From positions 1 through 14,763 of the IMG/VR virus record IMGVR_UViG_3300036770_001415: a stretch of DNA of 14,763 nucleotides. One strand, written 5' to 3'. Shown piece by piece: positions 14,200 through 14,763 of the stretch (position 1 is its first letter; every line of letters begins with the position of its first letter). The stretch is from a virus. Both the position numbers and the translations under genes were made by a program. The notes below the pieces were generated by a model, which saw only the letters and a program-made list of their open reading frames with translations, ran no database searches and was not told the origin of the DNA.

Positions 14200-14696
14200 A
14201 CTACTTTGCAGAGAAATTGATAGGGCTAGTACTTTGTACTGTTTTCGGATTCACGCTTATCCCAGAGGCTCCTAGAGCCCTCTCAGAGCCTTCCCAGACC
14301 ATAGAACTAGCACCATATTTGATTGAACCAGCCACCACAACCAGCTCTACAAGCTCCACGATCTACATCGATCCATACAGCTCAGCCTGTGAGCAGTTCA
14401 GCGCACTCGCCATCAATCTCGGCTGGGATCCGGATCAACGGACCGTACTCGAGTCGATCATGTTCAGAGAGTCGCGTTGCATCCCCAGCAGCGTGAACCC
14501 GAACGATCCGAAAGGCTCCTATGGGCTCATGCAGGTCAATGGATTCTGGCTGGAATATCTGAGCGACCGTGGCATCATCACCGAGCTCTCAGATCTGTTA
14601 CAGGCTCAAACTAATCTCATTGCAGCGTTAGAGATTTACAACTACGGAATGGACCGATACGGCTACGGCTGGGGTCCGTGGAGTGCAACAAAATGA
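14196..14696 (+). CDS. Lytic transglycosylase (SLT/GH23-like) with an N-terminal signal-anchor and a Thr/Ser-rich linker, 166 aa
   Basis: The N-terminus MNYFAEKLIGLVLCTVFGFTLIPEAP is hydrophobic. A linker EPATTTSSTSSTIYIDPYSS follows. The catalytic domain has MFRESRC (the E-S catalytic Glu motif), GSYGLMQVNGFW and AALEIYNYG. The track start at 14166 lies upstream, and the ATG at 14196 is coupled to the preceding ORF. The gene runs into the terminal repeat. Confidence 0.85.
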   Translation: MNYFAEKLIGLVLCTVFGFTLIPEAPRALSEPSQTIELAPYLIEPATTTSSTSSTIYIDPYSSACEQFSALAINLGWDPDQRTVLESIMFRESRCIPSSVNPNDPKGSYGLMQVNGFWLEYLSDRGIITELSDLLQAQTNLIAALEIYNYGMDRYGYGWGPWSATK

Positions 14697-14763
14697 GCGA
14701 AGGCACAGCATGGAACCAAGGAGAACTCACCGAAGAGACTCGCAAGCTTGTGCTCGAACGCAC
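14637..14763. repeat. Right copy of the terminal direct repeat (identical to 1-127)
   Basis: Exact 127-nt identity with the start of the window. Its length equals a k-mer size commonly used as the maximum in de Bruijn assemblers, so it is probably a circular-assembly overlap rather than a measured physical terminal repeat. Confidence 0.97.

Noticed and set aside
1-14763. tRNA genes, CRISPR arrays, integrase/att sites, diversity-generating retroelement repeats near the fibre gene
   Set aside because: I saw no cloverleaf-compatible segment with a GTTCRANYC T-loop, no spaced direct repeats, no recombinase or reverse transcriptase ORF, and no template/variable repeat pair. The absence is by eye only and should be confirmed with tRNAscan-SE, minced and a self-dotplot.

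Overview
The window looks like one complete, very small (about 14.6 kb unit length) tailed-phage genome. Bases 1-127 are identical to 14637-14763, so the contig closes on itself with a 14,636 bp unit. All credible genes lie on the + strand and are tightly packed, many joined by ATGA, GTGA or TAATG stop/start overlaps. The only gap longer than about 52 nt is a 395-bp ORF-free region at 1739-2133.

Gene order in this permutation:
- Early or DNA-metabolism genes: an 87-aa orphan, a winged-helix DNA binder, a possible Rad52-like ssDNA-annealing protein, a 47-aa coiled-coil ORF and a VRR-NUC nuclease.
- The 395-bp non-coding region.
- Head genes: an HNH endonuclease fused to the large terminase, the portal, and a prohead protease fused to an HK97-type major capsid protein.
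- Neck and tail genes: head-tail adaptor with an extra N-terminal domain, tail-terminator-like protein, a 59-aa ORF, major tail protein, tail assembly chaperone with a -1 frameshift extension, an HK97 gp10-like neck protein in an unusual position, tape measure protein, a Dit-like distal tail protein, and a small receptor-binding or fibre protein.
- Lysis genes: two small membrane or holin-like proteins, an M15-type zinc peptidase endolysin, a 58-aa ORF, and a signal-anchored lytic transglycosylase.

I recognised no DNA polymerase, primase, helicase, integrase, repressor, small terminase, tRNA or CRISPR array.

The most notable points are the degree of gene fusion and compaction (HNH-TerL, protease-scaffold-MCP, extended adaptor), the missing TerS, the single non-coding island, the minimal tail tip and the two-enzyme lysis module. 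All family assignments come from motifs I recognise by eye. No database search was possible, so they need HMM or structure-based confirmation.
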